From contig NC_087438.1 of the NCBI RefSeq assembly GCF_036321535.1, positions 9,240,001-9,304,000 of the forward strand: a stretch of 64,000 nt of DNA. The letters are read 5' to 3'. Below the pieces are notes generated by a model. It was given only the letters and a program-made list of their open reading frames with translations, was not told the origin of the DNA and did not search any database. A program made the position numbers and the translations under genes. Positions 41,498 through 55,104 of the stretch are shown here, in pieces; the first letter of the stretch is position 1; every line of letters begins with the position of its first letter. This stretch comes from Camelus dromedarius. Its lineage: Eukaryota.

Positions 41498-42094
41498 TTC
41501 CATGATCAATTTCTTAAATTAGCTTGATTATTGCTCCCTATCATCATTCTAGAATTCCTCCTAAATAATTTACAAGCATCTATGACAAGAGATATGTCTC
41601 AGAATTTATATAATACTATAGCCATGATCAAAGGAATTCCTTAATTATCTTCATTTTTCTATAGAGTAACTGTAAGACTTTAATAAAAAAATTATGTGCA
41701 AGTGTCTTGAAATAAAAATATCAGATAATCTATAATAACGTATTCTTAGGCTTGTTAATTGTTCTGGAGGAAACTATTGCAAAGAGGATGCATCTCTGAC
41801 ATTAAATCTTGCTCAAGATATGAATTTGGGTAACATCTTAGTAAAGCTTTATTTTTAAATGGAAGAAAGCATTAATTAGCAGATATGAATATTTTACAAA
41901 AGGAGGAAATCACTACATGGTCATTAGTGAAGAAAGTTTCATTGTTTTTATCCAATAAACTTTTCTTATGTATTTATCTAATGTGATTCAAGCCAGTGAG
42001 CTACAAATAATCATCCAAAAAGGAAATTAATAAAATAATCCCAATTATAATAACATCAAAAGAACAAACTGCCTAGGAATAAACTTAATCAGAA

Positions 42095-42365
42095 GGGTTT
42101 GGTTCACGCTGCTATTAACAATAGTATTACTTAATGGAAAGTCATTTCTCTTAGTTCTAGGAGCTGGGAAGTCCAAGATCAAGATGCCAGGAGATCTGAT
42201 GTCTAGTGAGGGCCCTCTTATCAGGTGAAACCTCACATCTTAGAAAGGATGAGGGATCTTCCCCTGACCTCACTTATAAGGGCATTAATCTCATCCATGA
42301 AGGTTCAAATCTCATTACTTAATCAGCCACAAAAGGCCCTAAATCCTAGTACCATAACCAGCTAT
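42095..42365 (-). mobile_element. MLT1A-type LTR
   Basis: gctgggaagtccaagatcaag, ttataagggcattaatctcat motifs. Confidence 0.8.
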
Positions 42366-42484
42366 CCTGAGGGCTGGGTTAATGACAGAGAATGAAAGAC
42401 ATAAAATATGTGCACAGAAATGGGATTTGCTAAATAATGTAAGCTCCATTCACAATGTGAAATATTTTACAGCATTGAACCTAA

Positions 42485-42899
42485 TGTTATGGGTTGAATT
42501 GTGCTCCCCACTAACAGATTTGAAGTCCCAAGTCCCAGAACTTGTGAATATGATCTTATATGAAAACAGGATCTTTACAGATGGATCAAGTTAAGATGAG
42601 ATCTTCACGACAGACCTTAATCCTGTAAAACTCTGTACTTATAAAAGGGCAAACTTGGACACAGAGACAGGCACAAGGTAAGACATAGGAAAAATGCTAT
42701 CTAAAGCCAAGGCTTTGGGCTGCCAGAAGCTAAGAGAGAGGCATGGAACAGACTGTCCATCACAGCCCTTAGAAGGAACGATTCCTGCTGACAGCTTGAT
42801 TTGAGCCTTCTAGCCTCCAGAACCATAAGACAATAAATGTCTGTTGTTCAAGCCACCTCGCCTGGTACTTTGTTACAGCAGCCCCAGGAAACTGATACA
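42485..42899 (+). mobile_element. MLT1B solo LTR
   Basis: tgttatgggttgaattgtg...gcagccccaggaaactgataca; TG...CA ends. Confidence 0.9.
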
Positions 42900-45061
42900 T
42901 CTGAAAGGAAAAAGAATGACGTTTGAAATAACTTTTGATCAAAAGTAACATAATATCTAAATGCTAGGGGCTTAAAATTATTTTTTTTTCTGCTCACTTA
43001 AAAAAAAAAATGGGAGACAGAAGCTACCGAATGCTGTGGAGTAACTCACTGTAGGAATCAACATTATTTCTTAATTTTTATAGTTAACAGGAGTTTTCCC
43101 CTTGAGCAATTCTCTAGTGTTAACTATATTTGAACTGAATATCTGCAGTATTTCTTTCATGGATGGTGAATTATTTCCTCCACTTGTCCATTAAAATAAT
43201 AGCATTCCTGAATTACTACTTTATGAAAACCTAAGTAAATATTTAAAAGATGCATAATCAATAATAACATGCAACGTCATAGAGAGAAAATAAGGCATAT
43301 TCCTATATAGATGTTTTGCAAAGAGGCACAGAGAATAAACTAGAAAGTGGCCTTCATTGAGAAAAGACCAGTTTTTTTTTTCTATTTCTAAAATTTTAAA
43401 ATAAATTTGCATGAACAAGAAGATATGTACTGAAAATATCCTCCACGTCATTAAATAGTGTGATATTGCAGACATAGCAATCTGATGGCTGTAGCCATCT
43501 GACTGCAGCCCGCCCTGACAGAAGTACAGTCTATAAGACCAAATATCCACAAAACTAGCTCCTCTCTCCTGTACTGGTGGATGCTAGCTAAATTACTGTG
43601 TAATTTCTTCATCAAGAGTTTCACTCAGCTGCTGGTTAGAGAGCTGGAGAACAGAACTGGGTTAAACATATTGCAGAGTTTTTTCTGTCTCACGCAAAAT
43701 CAATCCGTTCTCACCAGTCCACAGTCTTCTGGGTGGATCCATGGCCATTTGTGTTTTGTTTCATGATAATCAGCAGGTGACTCCTATGCTCACGTTCCTG
43801 GAAGCAGGCGGGAGAACTGGACAAGGGAAAAAGGTGCACCTCTTCACTGAGTCAGCCGCCTTTAAAGAGGTTTTTCTAAAAATTCCAGATAATGCCTTTT
43901 ATGCACATGTTACCAGGCACTACTAGTTGAAGATAATTTAGAAAATGGTCTTTAAACTGTACACAGTGCTGTTCCAAATGAAATCAGGGCTCTGTTAATT
44001 AAAAGGAAGGAGACAATAGATATTAGGACCACACATCTAGAAAAAGCAAACAAGATATTGTGATGATGTGTATACATGGCATAGGTGAAAAATCTGGAGT
44101 GTTTATGATAAAGAAGCGAAAATTACACAGGTTATGATGTATGCTTGGAAGTGTAGTAGGCAAAATCATCAGGCTTGATTGTTCAGTTACAGGAGATAAA
44201 GAAAATAGAAAATCTATTTCTATTTCATAATGTGGAACTTGGTAATAGGTCATAATGTGGAACTTTGTAACAGAGATTACTGAAAACAAGAAAACTGCTC
44301 AGGAAATATATTAGAGGTCTCTAAGTGTATCCAGTTATGAAGTGCATGATTAAAGTCTCTTCTAAGCTCTTATTATTATACCATATACTGTAGATGTGTA
44401 AGATTAATGCCTGGTTTGAGAGCACTGGACATGAGATTTCTATAATGGTTTATTCTTCTTATGAACACATATCGGTAAAGTTTGTAGTGAGTCATTTTTA
44501 AAAACCTCTAATCAATTGTCTAAGGTTATATGGCAAATGAACATAACAGTGTCCACTGAAATTCTAAAGGAAATGAAAGAAATTATTTTAGTGACTGTAA
44601 CTACTTTACTATGCAAACACTTTCACCTGTTTTTTAAAGATTTTTTATTCAAATATCCTATTTATATAAAGTGAAAATTATTTCTACCTCATGTTGATAA
44701 ATTTTGTTTACATTGCATTGGTATTAATTTTTCAGAAAAGGGATTCTTTTGAACACTCTACAATTGATTGAGACATGAATTCAATAAGTAAGTATATTTT
44801 GTAAATTTTAATTTTTTAGACCTTACATCAGTCCTGTTTTATCTATACTGTAACATTCATGATTATTTTAAAGTGTGTGCTAACTATGCTTAATAAGAAA
44901 AGTACAAACTTCTCAGTATACTTTTCTAGAATAACAAGTACTATCTCAATAATTTCAAAATACATATTTATTTTTCCAGAAAATGAGAACACATCATTAT
45001 GAACAATTTAAACAATGTATTAAATCAATAATATTTTGAAACATAAAATGCACTTTTAAAA

Positions 45062-45496
45062 GACAATAACAAAGACAAAAATTACTGTATAATATCACTC
45101 CTATGTGGAGTCAAAAAAGCCAAACTCACAGAAACAGAGAGTAGAATGGTGGTGTCCAAGGGCTTGGCGTGAGGAAAAAAGAGGAGACACTGGGCAAAGA
45201 ATGAAAACTTTCAGTTGTAAGATGAGTAAGTTCTAGAGGGTCCAGTGTACAGCATGATTATAGTTAACAATGTCATATTATATACTTGAAAGTTGCTAAG
45301 AAAGTAGATCTCAAATGTCCTCACTGCAAACCAAAAAAAAAAAAAAAGAGGAAATTATGTGACATAATGCAGGTGTTAGCTAATCATTAGTGAATCACTT
45401 CATAATATATGCGTATCAAATTAAATCAACCCATTGTACACTTTAAACTCAAACTATGTTATGCATCAATTACATCTCAAAAAACTGGGGAAAAAA
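45062..45496 (+). mobile_element. L1MA9-like 3'UTR
   Basis: cagaaacagagagtagaatggtgg; tacttgaaagttgctaag; terminal tctcaaaaaactggggaaaaaa. Confidence 0.85.
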
Positions 45497-45870
45497 GCAA
45501 AGCCACAATGAATCAATGTTTCTTACAGAGTTTGAGAAACATGTCAAATATTTAATTTCATAAGTGCTTATGGTTAAAAATTGTGTATGATCATGATCTA
45601 AAATATTTATGTCAATTCTGTTTATGTTAAGAAATTGTATTTGATGCCTTCACTAGTTATGTTATTATTTCCCCTCAGGAACTGAAGTATAAAGGAAATG
45701 TTAACAATTTCTTATTTTCCATACAATTGAAATTGCTTTTGATTTTCATTTCTCCAGCAGTTTCTTTTTTTACAACCAGTCCACAATGAATCGTATTTAT
45801 TCCTTTTACTTCTACTTGCTTCTTCCATTGGAATTTTATTGTTTGTTTGTTTTTTAACCTATGGACTCAC

Positions 45871-46091
45871 ACATAAAAAGAAATGTATTTTATTGAATTT
45901 ATATTCAGAGTAACTAAGAGGCTGCTGGAAATTCTGAGGAACAGTATTTGGAATGTGTAATAATATACTGCTTTTGCATATGAAAGAAGGAAATTCAACC
46001 CACCCTACACTTCCATCGTCGTGCATATTAAAGAAAAATTTGCTTTGTAAATTTTCAGAAACAAAATGTCTGTGTAAATAAGCCATAAAAT
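45871..46091 (-). pseudogene. Candidate exon (221 bp, phase 1-0), fully open, EF-hand-like loop
   Basis: Acceptor ttctttctcctag|, donor TGT|GTGAGT; 73 open codons xFMAYLHRHFVSENLQSKFFFNMHDDGSVGWVEFPSFICKSS...KIHFFLC. ORF 45859..46128 ends just past the donor. Confidence 0.7.
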
Positions 46092-46534
46092 CTAGGAGAA
46101 AGAAATATTGGCCCCAAGTCAAAACCAAATCAACAAAATAACACAGAAAGCTAGTTTTACATGAAATGTGCCGTAAGACACTTAAAATATTCCTCTATCT
46201 TCTGGATTTTGTCTAATCACTTCCCCTGTGGACACAGTGATATATACTGAGATTCCTTCTCAATGGCATGGAAGCACCACATAGTTGTCATCCTGAATCT
46301 CCATCACAAATATTAGAACGAAGTGCTACTCGTGGTTCTAGTGCATTACCCTTTATTTTGAAGTATGTAACTAAAAATACTTAATACATTGCTTAATTTT
46401 CCTTTAATCAAATCTGATCATGTGCTCTCTATTTTTTTCCTTACCCCCAATTTTTTTTTTGCAAAATGACCTCAAAAATAAGTGCCATTGTGCACTAAAG
46501 CAACTGAATTATAATGATCTTTTCGAATGTTACA

Positions 46535-46866
46535 TGATACCCTTTATACATAAAATCTGAAAAAAAAAATGACACAAATGAACTTATTTACAAAACAGAA
46601 AGAGACTCACAGACATCGAAAACAAACTTATGGTTACCAAAGGGGAAAGGGTAGAGGGATAAATTAGCAATTTTGGATTAGCAGGTACAAACTACGATAT
46701 ATAAAATAGACAAACAACAAGATCCTACTGTACAGCACAGGGAACTATATTCAATAACTTGTAATAACCTGTAATGAAAAAGAATATGTATACATGTATA
46801 ACTGAATCACTATGCTGTACACCAGAAACTAACACAACATAGTAAATCAACTATACTTCAATAAAA
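46535..46866 (+). mobile_element. Artiodactyl-type L1 3'UTR with ~55-bp flanking direct repeat
   Basis: acaaatgaacttatttacaaaacagaaa...caactatacttcaataaaaa; flanks 46480-46534 and 46867-46921 match at 49/55. Confidence 0.9.
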
Positions 46867-47336
46867 AAGTGCCATTGTGCACTAAAGCAACTGCATTATA
46901 ATGATACTTTAGAATACTACAAGGATCCAATAAAGCATTTGACAAAAAGTAAGTTAAAATTTTTCTCTGAATTTAAAGGGAATCTTTTAAACATCAAGTG
47001 CTCCTGGCCTACTGTGTTCCCTGTCACGGGGGCCTCAGTGAGAAAATGCATTATGAAAGCTGAATAATCCCATAAAACAGTTCAGATTAGAATCTGGAGT
47101 TATTCAAACTGTGAAACACAGGTTTGACAACCTGCAACTTCAGACACATCTGAGAGTAAAATAAAATTTAATTCCAAAGGAGTAGATGTTATATGCCCAC
47201 TGAAAATTTCCTAAGAAGTCATTATATTCAAAGACAAAACACATACTTCAGTGTTCCTAGAAATGGCACAAATAATCATTCTTAATGGACTGAATCAAAA
47301 AATGTAAAATAATTTCAGAAAACAAAACATACTCAC

Positions 47337-47598
47337 AAGCTCAAAAGTGATAGTAGAGATACTTCAGAATTCAGGTAGCATAAACTTTATCACTCCATCA
47401 ACCAAAGTGATAAAGACAAGAGTCTCATCTTTGGAATGGCTGTTAAAGGCATCCAACTCAGAATCTAAATTGTCTCCATTTTCACTTTGTTTCCATTTTA
47501 TTCCAAGTAGGTCTGTGTTTGTGGCTGTTGCACTTGTTCCTTCACTATTTGGAGTTTGATTATTTCCCATTTTATTTAGCACTGATAAAGAAGTTGAT
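47337..47598 (-). pseudogene. Candidate pseudo-exon (262 bp)
   Basis: Branch-like ttaac plus ctctttcttttcag|, donor CTT|GTGAGT. 77 open codons (STSLSVLNKMGNNQTP...DETLVFITLVDGVIKFMLPEF), then one TGA followed by nine codons to the donor. Overlaps ORF 47364..47582. Confidence 0.65.
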
Positions 47599-47745
47599 CT
47601 GAAAAGAAAGAGTTAAAGTTAATGGTGATTGGTGTGTAACACGTACATTGATAAAAAGAAAGTAGAGTAGAGCTTACTGAGGTTCTTACTCTGTGAAATT
47701 GTTCTTTAGCTCCAATTACACAATAAGGGTCTTCATATAGACAGT

Positions 47746-48099
47746 TGTTAGGGGCTGAATTATGTCCCCCCAAAATTCATAGGTTGAAGTCCTTAAGCCC
47801 CTAGTACATCAGAATTTGACTCACATAGGATCTTCACAGTGGTATATAGATTTAATGAGGTTATTTCGAGGGGATCCTCTTGTAATTTGCAGATGTCTTT
47901 ATAAGAGTAGGGTATTGGAACACAGACACACATGTACAGAAGACAGATGATGTAAAAATACAGAGATAAGACAGTCACACCAAGGAGAGATTCCTTAGAA
48001 TAAACATGGACACCTTAAACCCTGTGAGAAAATAAATTTATCTTCTTTAAGCGACCCAGTCTGTGGTATTTTGTTATGACAGCCTTAGAAACTAGTATA
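47746..48099 (+). mobile_element. MLT1A/B solo LTR
   Basis: tgttaggggctgaattatgtccccc...gacagccttagaaactagtata. Confidence 0.85.
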
Positions 48100-50491
48100 A
48101 CAGTGCTGTTTCCTGGATTAAATATAAACAAAAAGATAAATTGATAAAAATCAAATCCATGCTGATATGTATGTAGATAGATGATAGATAGACATAAAAT
48201 GTGCATAATAGAATATGTGCAACATATAGTATATATTGAATATAAAAACTTATGTTTAACTAATGGCTCATAAATTTATATAAAGATATGCATTTGATAT
48301 AGGTACTTATTTTCTTACCCTATACTATATGCATTTCAAAATGTAAGGTAAGACTGCATATATGTCACATACTATACAACACCTAATGCCCTTGGTGTCT
48401 TCTATGGCAATGTATAATGTATCACATTACCATTGCTATCTCGAAACATATGAATATTCTCATTAACTTGGATAAAGCATATAAATCCTCATCAGCATAT
48501 CTGTTCCGTAAGACAGAGTTAACAAAAGCTTTTGATTTTTCAAACTCTGTGAGTGTCAAAATTTCAGATTGTTAATCTGAATGAAGGAGAAGATAATGTA
48601 GGAGTCTGGTGTTTGTTAACATCCTTCTGAATAAGGACTGTTAAGAGTTTAAACCATACTTGTCATCAGTCATGTAACATCCTCTGCCCTGTGCTGTCAT
48701 CCTTTGGGATCACACTGCTGTGCCTGGTTAAGCATCAACTCCCCTTTTTCATAAGAAACAATGTTGGGCACAATCTTAGTGGGATCAAAATAAATGCATT
48801 AATTTCAAAGAAACCTCAAGGTTTATTCCTCAAAATCAGTGATTTAAAACACTATATATTTGTAACCTGTGAATTTGTAATCCACACTTTTCTTTTGAAG
48901 ATGAATATCCTATAAGATGAATAGGTTTGTGTGAAGGTGAATTGCCAGAGGATTTCTGGTCTACCTCATATCGTTATGTAGGAATTCTGAAAGTCTGTAC
49001 CAGTAGTAAGTTGCTTTATAAAGCTCCAAAGAAAAATATAATTAGCAAGTTTCCTAAAATTACCTAACCATATTTTTCCCCTAGAATTCTATCAGCATTC
49101 CATTTGGCACTAATGTTGCAAATGTCATTTCTTAGGGTGTGGCACCCTAATTATTTGATCTTCTTTTCCTTTTTGTTTTTAGCTTCTACATAAATCCAAA
49201 TGCTGAAGCTCAGGCATGTTTCTCTCCTGTAAGAGTACATTTTCACTGAAATATGGTAACAGAGTAGAGGGAGGAAGGTGTTATGCAATGCCTGTAACTT
49301 CATAGATGTTATTTCAGAACATCTTGCTTTGGCTCTTAAAATAAAGAACATACTGTCACATACTCTCCACAGGAAATAACAATCAGCATTACTGGTTAAC
49401 CAATCCACATGCGTTTCTATGTGGGCTCCATCTACCATATTTTATTATACTTAATATCCAGGCTATTCTAGAATAGAGTGTTATTCTATGAACATACTTT
49501 TCAGCACAGAACAGAAGAAAAAAAAACTGTGTGCAAATCAGCTCTGATAAACAATTAATTATAAGATGCATCCTGATTACACAGATACTAAAATGTAAGT
49601 AAATAAATAATGTTTTAAATACTTCAATTGAAAAAGCCATGCTTTAATTAAGAATTTTTTGGAGGGAACTTATCGAATGATTGACTTTATTTTGATATCT
49701 TGGCTTAGAAGACAATCTTCTTTCAGACTTCTTTCAGACTTTCTAAGGTCTGCTGCATGGAAGTATACAAATCCATAAGGAAGCCAGTGTTGCTGTAATA
49801 GCAGTAGATTTGAGGAAACAGAGGTTCCTAGGGAACTGGGTAAGAAAAAAGTGGTGGAGACCATGCAATATCAAGGGAAGAAAAATGACTTAAGTGTACC
49901 CACAGCAATACAGTTAAATCTTAAATCTCTCTGTTGAATGAAAAACATAAGACATATCTTGATATAAAGCATAAAACAATATATGTAAATTTAAAATAAT
50001 TACATATATAAACTAACTTCATGTTGGGAAAGCAGTTAGCTTATAAAGAAAAGTAAAACTAAAATTCTTGTATCATATAAAAATATGAACTTCTTCATCT
50101 TTTTCAAACATTTACTGTGCTTGCCAATGGGGAAAATCTTTGTATTTTATAGCACAATTAATTTCTTTAATAAATAAAAAGCAATCTACAAATAAGAGAG
50201 AAAATATCCAAAAAGCAATGGAAAAGTGAATGGAAGATATAAAGAGAGAGTTCACAGAAAAAGAAAAATAAAAGGCTCAACATTCTATAAAATATTTTTA
50301 ACTTCAACCTTAAAAAAGATAAATCAACTTGAAAAAGAAAAGGAAAAAAAAACACAGTAACTTTTTTCTTTTTAAGATAACCCAGAAAGCTTAAAAAAAA
50401 AAATCAACAGTCTATTGAAAAGACACTCAGTGACCCTTTGTTCATTTCAAAGTCTTTCACAAGTTTTCCTGGCATAAGGAACAGTCTATGG

Positions 50492-50703
50492 TAGGTATTA
50501 GCAAACTTTTTCTGTAAAGTGCCAGGTAATAAGTATTTTAGAATTTTCTTCATTCTCTGGTGCAGCTACACAGCTGTACTGTAGTGGTGTGAAAGGAGCC
50601 ATAGATGTTACATAAACAAATGAGTATGACCGTTTTCCAATAAAACTTTATTCATACAAAAACAGGCGGCTGGTTGGATTGCGTCGTTCTTAGCCAACCC
50701 CTG
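50492..50703 (+). mobile_element. MER58A (hAT-Charlie) MITE
   Basis: gcaaactttttctgtaaag...ccaataaaactttatt...gccaacccctg; 8-bp TSD gtctatgg/atctatgg. Confidence 0.88.
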
Positions 50704-51248
50704 ATCTATGGCATTTTTCTGAAGCATATTACTGAATAACATCTTAAAGTAAGGCTTATGCTCTTTACCAAGCAAGTGTATATGATAAATTTAAATATTT
50801 GCAACACTCTAATTGGCATCACTCAGCATAATTCTGTGTGTCTCTACTTAAAACGCTAAAGCAACTCCAATGACCACACCAGATGTAAAAAAGTCAATCA
50901 TCTGAGTCATATAATTAGAATTATCTTATCCTGAGAATTACATGAAAATAGGCATAATCAGTTTCTAATTAAATAATCTGGTCCAATTCTTAGATATTTT
51001 GTTCAACTACTTAGTTACTTATGACTAAATCTTATTTATTATTTCTCAACCTTTTATAAAACCTCTCTTTAATCCACAACCCAACTAGCTAACTTTATTT
51101 TAGCTATCTATGATTTCTAGTTATGTTTCAAAAGTGGTATTTATGTTTTTATTTTTATTTAGTATATTTCAAAAATAACTTCTTTATCCTTTTTCTTAAA
51201 GGAAATGAGCAGTTAGAATCAAATCCTTATTTGATTCTTTCATTTTAC

Positions 51249-51318
51249 TGGAGAAATACTACTTGTTATAGACTGAATCAAAAATCCAAATTTTGGAGCA
51301 AATTCTTGGAGCATGGAC
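51249..51318 (-). pseudogene. Candidate pseudo-exon (70 bp or longer)
   Basis: Acceptor ttctgtctgaacag|; phase-2 frame open xSMLQEFAPKFGFLIQSITSSISP, compatible with the previous exon; donor weak (GTAAAA). Confidence 0.35.
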
Positions 51319-52746
51319 CTGTTCAGACAGAACACTATTTGAGGGAGAATGACACTCTGATTTGTTGACACTCTGATTTGTTGACATTCTGAATATGATT
51401 TGAAGTATGATGCCACCCATCTAGATTATGATAATAATAGATGTTTTAGTCTCCAGATTATCCAATGAATTAATTTTTAAGTGATACAATGGACAGTGTG
51501 GCTAATCCAGAGAAATGTGCTTTACTGTATGCATATTCATATTTAAAGCTTTTAAAGCATGTTTTTAACTATTTTCTCACAATAATCCTGCGAGTTAGTT
51601 GAAGCAGTGTTCTCCCAATTTTTTTTTAAAAATCAGAATCAGATTCACAAAATTTTAAAATCATACATCTAGCAAGTAGCAGAGCTGAAGTTCAAATTCA
51701 TGTTTTCTGCAATATTGTTATTTTCTTTCATATGGTTTTCTGCATTTCTTTTGTTTTCAACAATTATTTTACATTTAAATTTTAAAAAGTTGTTTCAACT
51801 CTCAACATCAATATAATATTCTTTGAAGGATACTTTTGATTGTTATAAAACAATAAAGCAACAGCAACAAGAACGTTAATATTCTTGCCACCTAAATATC
51901 TGGCAGAGCCAGTGGCAAATAGAATCAGTCCCTTTCTCTGTGACTCGACAAATAAATGACATTTTGTATTCCATTCTGCTAGCTGTTTTCCCATAAATTT
52001 AAAGCAACATAATAGCAGCATGCTTGCTGTATTGATTTTACAACCTTGAAGGTGTTTTTAATCTTGGAAAAAGTAAACCTTCATTAACAAGTTGTCGCTT
52101 TCACAGCAAATAATTCTAAGCTACAGGATTTCACTAGGAAAGGAAAACATCCGTTTCCAATAATACGGCGTGATTAAAATATTCTTTATTTAGCCTGATG
52201 CATTTTAATTTTCTAAAAGTGTAACATTTAGGTATTTAAGAATTTCATTTGTTTACATTCTATTCTATTTGAGGGGTTATTTATTTGAAGTTCATGTTCA
52301 CCTATATGTGCTCACTGAAGAAAAAAAGAAAATGATGCCTTTTATCTTAATGCATCAAGACAAGAAACAGTAATAACATAAATAAGGGGGGAAGGGCAGA
52401 GTTACAGAAATAAAGGATGCATTAAAGTGTAACTTCAAAGGGCCAAGTCAATTAGTCCTTTCTGCCTTAGATATGCTATAAAATACTAATGATCTAAAGA
52501 AAGCTTTCTCTAATTCCATCTTTTGTTTTGTTTTGTTTTCCGCTTTAACCATATGTCTGTCTGACTCGAGTAAAATCAGGCATCTCTTGGGTCCCAGGTA
52601 ACATGATTCTTCATTGTTTGGCACTTACACTTAAATGTACTATGACTGGATGGAAAAAGTGCTAAAATCAGCCTTGCCTTAGTGGTTTTGATTCAAAGGC
52701 CAAAAAAAGAATAAAAAGTACTCCTCCCACCGTGAAAAGTGAATAC

Positions 52747-52836
52747 CTCCTACGAGGCTGAAATTCACTCCTGTCATCGGACATAGTTCAGGATACCAAA
52801 GCTGTTGTTGTTAATAATTCTCCCTATCCTAGAATT
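52747..52836 (-). pseudogene. Candidate pseudo-exon (90 bp)
   Basis: Acceptor ttttattttccag|, donor GAG|GTATTC; phase-2 frame xILG*GELLTTTALVS*TMSDDRSEFQPRR. Confidence 0.45.
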
Positions 52837-54587
52837 CTGGAAAATAAAATCAGAATTATAAAATTATATTGGATCCTGAATGTTGGATTAGTAATATTAG
52901 GATCAGTAATAGAATTTCAGTCTCGCTCCATGGTGTAAATGAAATTTAATCCAAAATTATCTTTGGAAGGCAACTTTTTGAAAGTGCTTAACTGTGCATT
53001 TATTTCTATTCACTGTGAGCCAGGTAACTGGGCAGCCATTCCACATTCCACTCTAGGGAGAAAGGTAGAGAAAATCCTCTTTGATGTAGAAGCTAGGACA
53101 CGCCAGACCAAAAGATAACATGGTAACAGGGAGATAACCACAGTGGCCAAAAAAGCAGACATGCAAACAAAGCTCTCCAAGCTGTGGTCCTAGATGGTGT
53201 AGGTGAGTTAAGATGAAATAAAAGCAAACAATGGAGGTGGTGAGAGCCTGAGGGTCCCCTATTCCCTTTACCCCATTGCCCACTCGCATGTGTACATTTT
53301 CTATTTCGAACTTCCCAAAACAGCTATAGGAAGTCAAGTTGGCCAGGAGCCTGGACTAACCTGGCAGAAGAATTACCTGATTTGTGCTTCCAAGAATCTT
53401 CCTTGGGTTCCATATAGAGAGGAAGACATCCAGGAGCTGCCTTCCCCCATCACCATGAAAAGGGGGCTCACCAAAGAGGTCACTGTGGCTGAGTTTGGGA
53501 GAACTGATACCCAGAGCAGCAAGACCAGAAGTGAAAAGCATGTCCAAGGCCAGTGATGCCAACTGTTCCCTTGGTAAAAGACAGATGGCAAAAGGAAATC
53601 TGACAAGCCAAGCCATCTGAAAGAGACTGAGTCAGTTAGTGGAACCAATTCAGCTTACTGAAGTAGATATTTTTTTTGCACCAGTTTGGGGGAATTGGTA
53701 CTTGGGATGGAGTACAGATAATTAAATGGACATTTAAAGTGACATCTTTTTTGTGTGAGTGCAGTGTATATATTTGTCATCACACTACTTTCCAAGGAAA
53801 GACTTGCTCGTAATTTTCCTGGGAATAAAATTACAAATTCTAGACCATCTGTGTACTACTTGAGGATGTGAGAGAGTTGGTGAAGATGAGACAGATTCAA
53901 ATAATTCTAATTAGTTGTGTGAATAAAATAAATGTGTGGATAAGAACTTTAATTTCTAATACTTTGGACCAACCCACCTATGTTGTGAATCAGCTCAAAT
54001 AACTTACGAAGACACTGCCATTTTGACTAACAGAAAAAACATTTGAGATGTTTTTAACTAAGCCTGAAGGAAAAGGTAATCTGTTGTATCTTAATGTTCT
54101 TGGACTTTATATTTTTTTTTAACCAGTCACTGGAAGAACATAATGGATAATTATTTTGTCAAATAGAGGACATGGCTATTTTAGTAAAAAAACAAGAAAG
54201 AACAAAGAGAAAAATGGGGAAAACATTCAAGATTTAGTTTTTATTCATTTGTAAGCATTGCTTTTCTGTATTCATATAGATGCATTTCATGCCAAGTGCT
54301 GGTAAGGAAGGAAAATATTTCTGGGATTTTAATTCTAAGTAAGATTGAAATAACATTTCTTAAAAACAATTATGACTATATTATGATCCCAGAATCTGGG
54401 TGCTGTGCTTACATGTGTCATTCATAGAAACAGTTTTGATTTATTAACCAAATACTCCTTTCCCCTCCTAGAATAGTTTGTATCTAACAATTCATGCTGA
54501 TAAATGATAATCTAGCATAATTGGGAGGCATATACAATAAAAATTAAACCATGGGGACCTACTTTATAACCCTTACTTTCCATGTTT

Positions 54588-54589
<2 letters not shown>

Positions 54590-54630
<41 letters not shown>
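54590..54630. repeat. (TG)n microsatellite
   Basis: About 20 uninterrupted GT units. Confidence 0.95.
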
Positions 54631-54632
<2 letters not shown>

Positions 54633-54972
54633 GTGGAGATACAGAAATGTCAAACAGTAAATACTATACATAACTTTCAGTTCTTCACTCCTTGCAAGTC
54701 TTGACCTTCCTAAAATCTCTCTTCACACATGAAGATTGACTGCTCAAAAGAATGATATATTTCATAAGGAAGACTACATAAGGAAAAAATAATATCAGGA
54801 AAATAACCCACATGATCTAATAAACTATGTCTATTTGTAAGAGAAAAATACCCTAATGCAGTTTAGCACTTTGAATTGGAAGAGCAGTTTTACAACCGAG
54901 ACGTGTGCATCACGTGTTACTTCTGAACTTGGCCAGCTTCTCTCTGCTATTCAGCATTTTGTTGAAACTTAC

Positions 54973-55025
54973 CATATTTGTTTCCTTTCATATTTGTTAT
55001 AAAAATTAGAAGAGGACCAAAGGCA
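54973..55025 (-). pseudogene. Candidate pseudo-exon (53 bp), 79-bp intron from the previous exon
   Basis: Acceptor ctttattcatttgtag|, donor ATG|GTAAGT; phase-2 frame open (xAFGPLLIFITNMKGNKY), continuing the previous exon in frame. Confidence 0.6.
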
Positions 55026-55104
55026 CTACAAATGAATAAAGGCAGATTAGATAAGGATGAAAACAATGTTTTATTGATCTGAAAGCATACTCCTTAACTC
55101 TTAC

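Noticed and set aside
40708..41505. 265-aa ORF as a host gene
   Set aside because: Chimera across the L1 inversion junction: antisense ORF2 fused to an L1 RT fragment.
47364..47570. Retroviral Gag start (MGNNQT...)
   Set aside because: No LTR/PBS context in that orientation; bounded by splice sites, so better read as an exon.
51350..51392. 16-bp tandem repeat (also 25-bp at 44225-44274 and 13-bp at 61594-61619) as an array or CRISPR-like element
   Set aside because: Only 2-2.7 adjacent copies with no spacers; ordinary local duplications.
53020..53800. Overlapping 86-94 aa ORFs
   Set aside because: GC-richer block that looks like an old LTR relic; no recognisable protein and family not assignable by eye.
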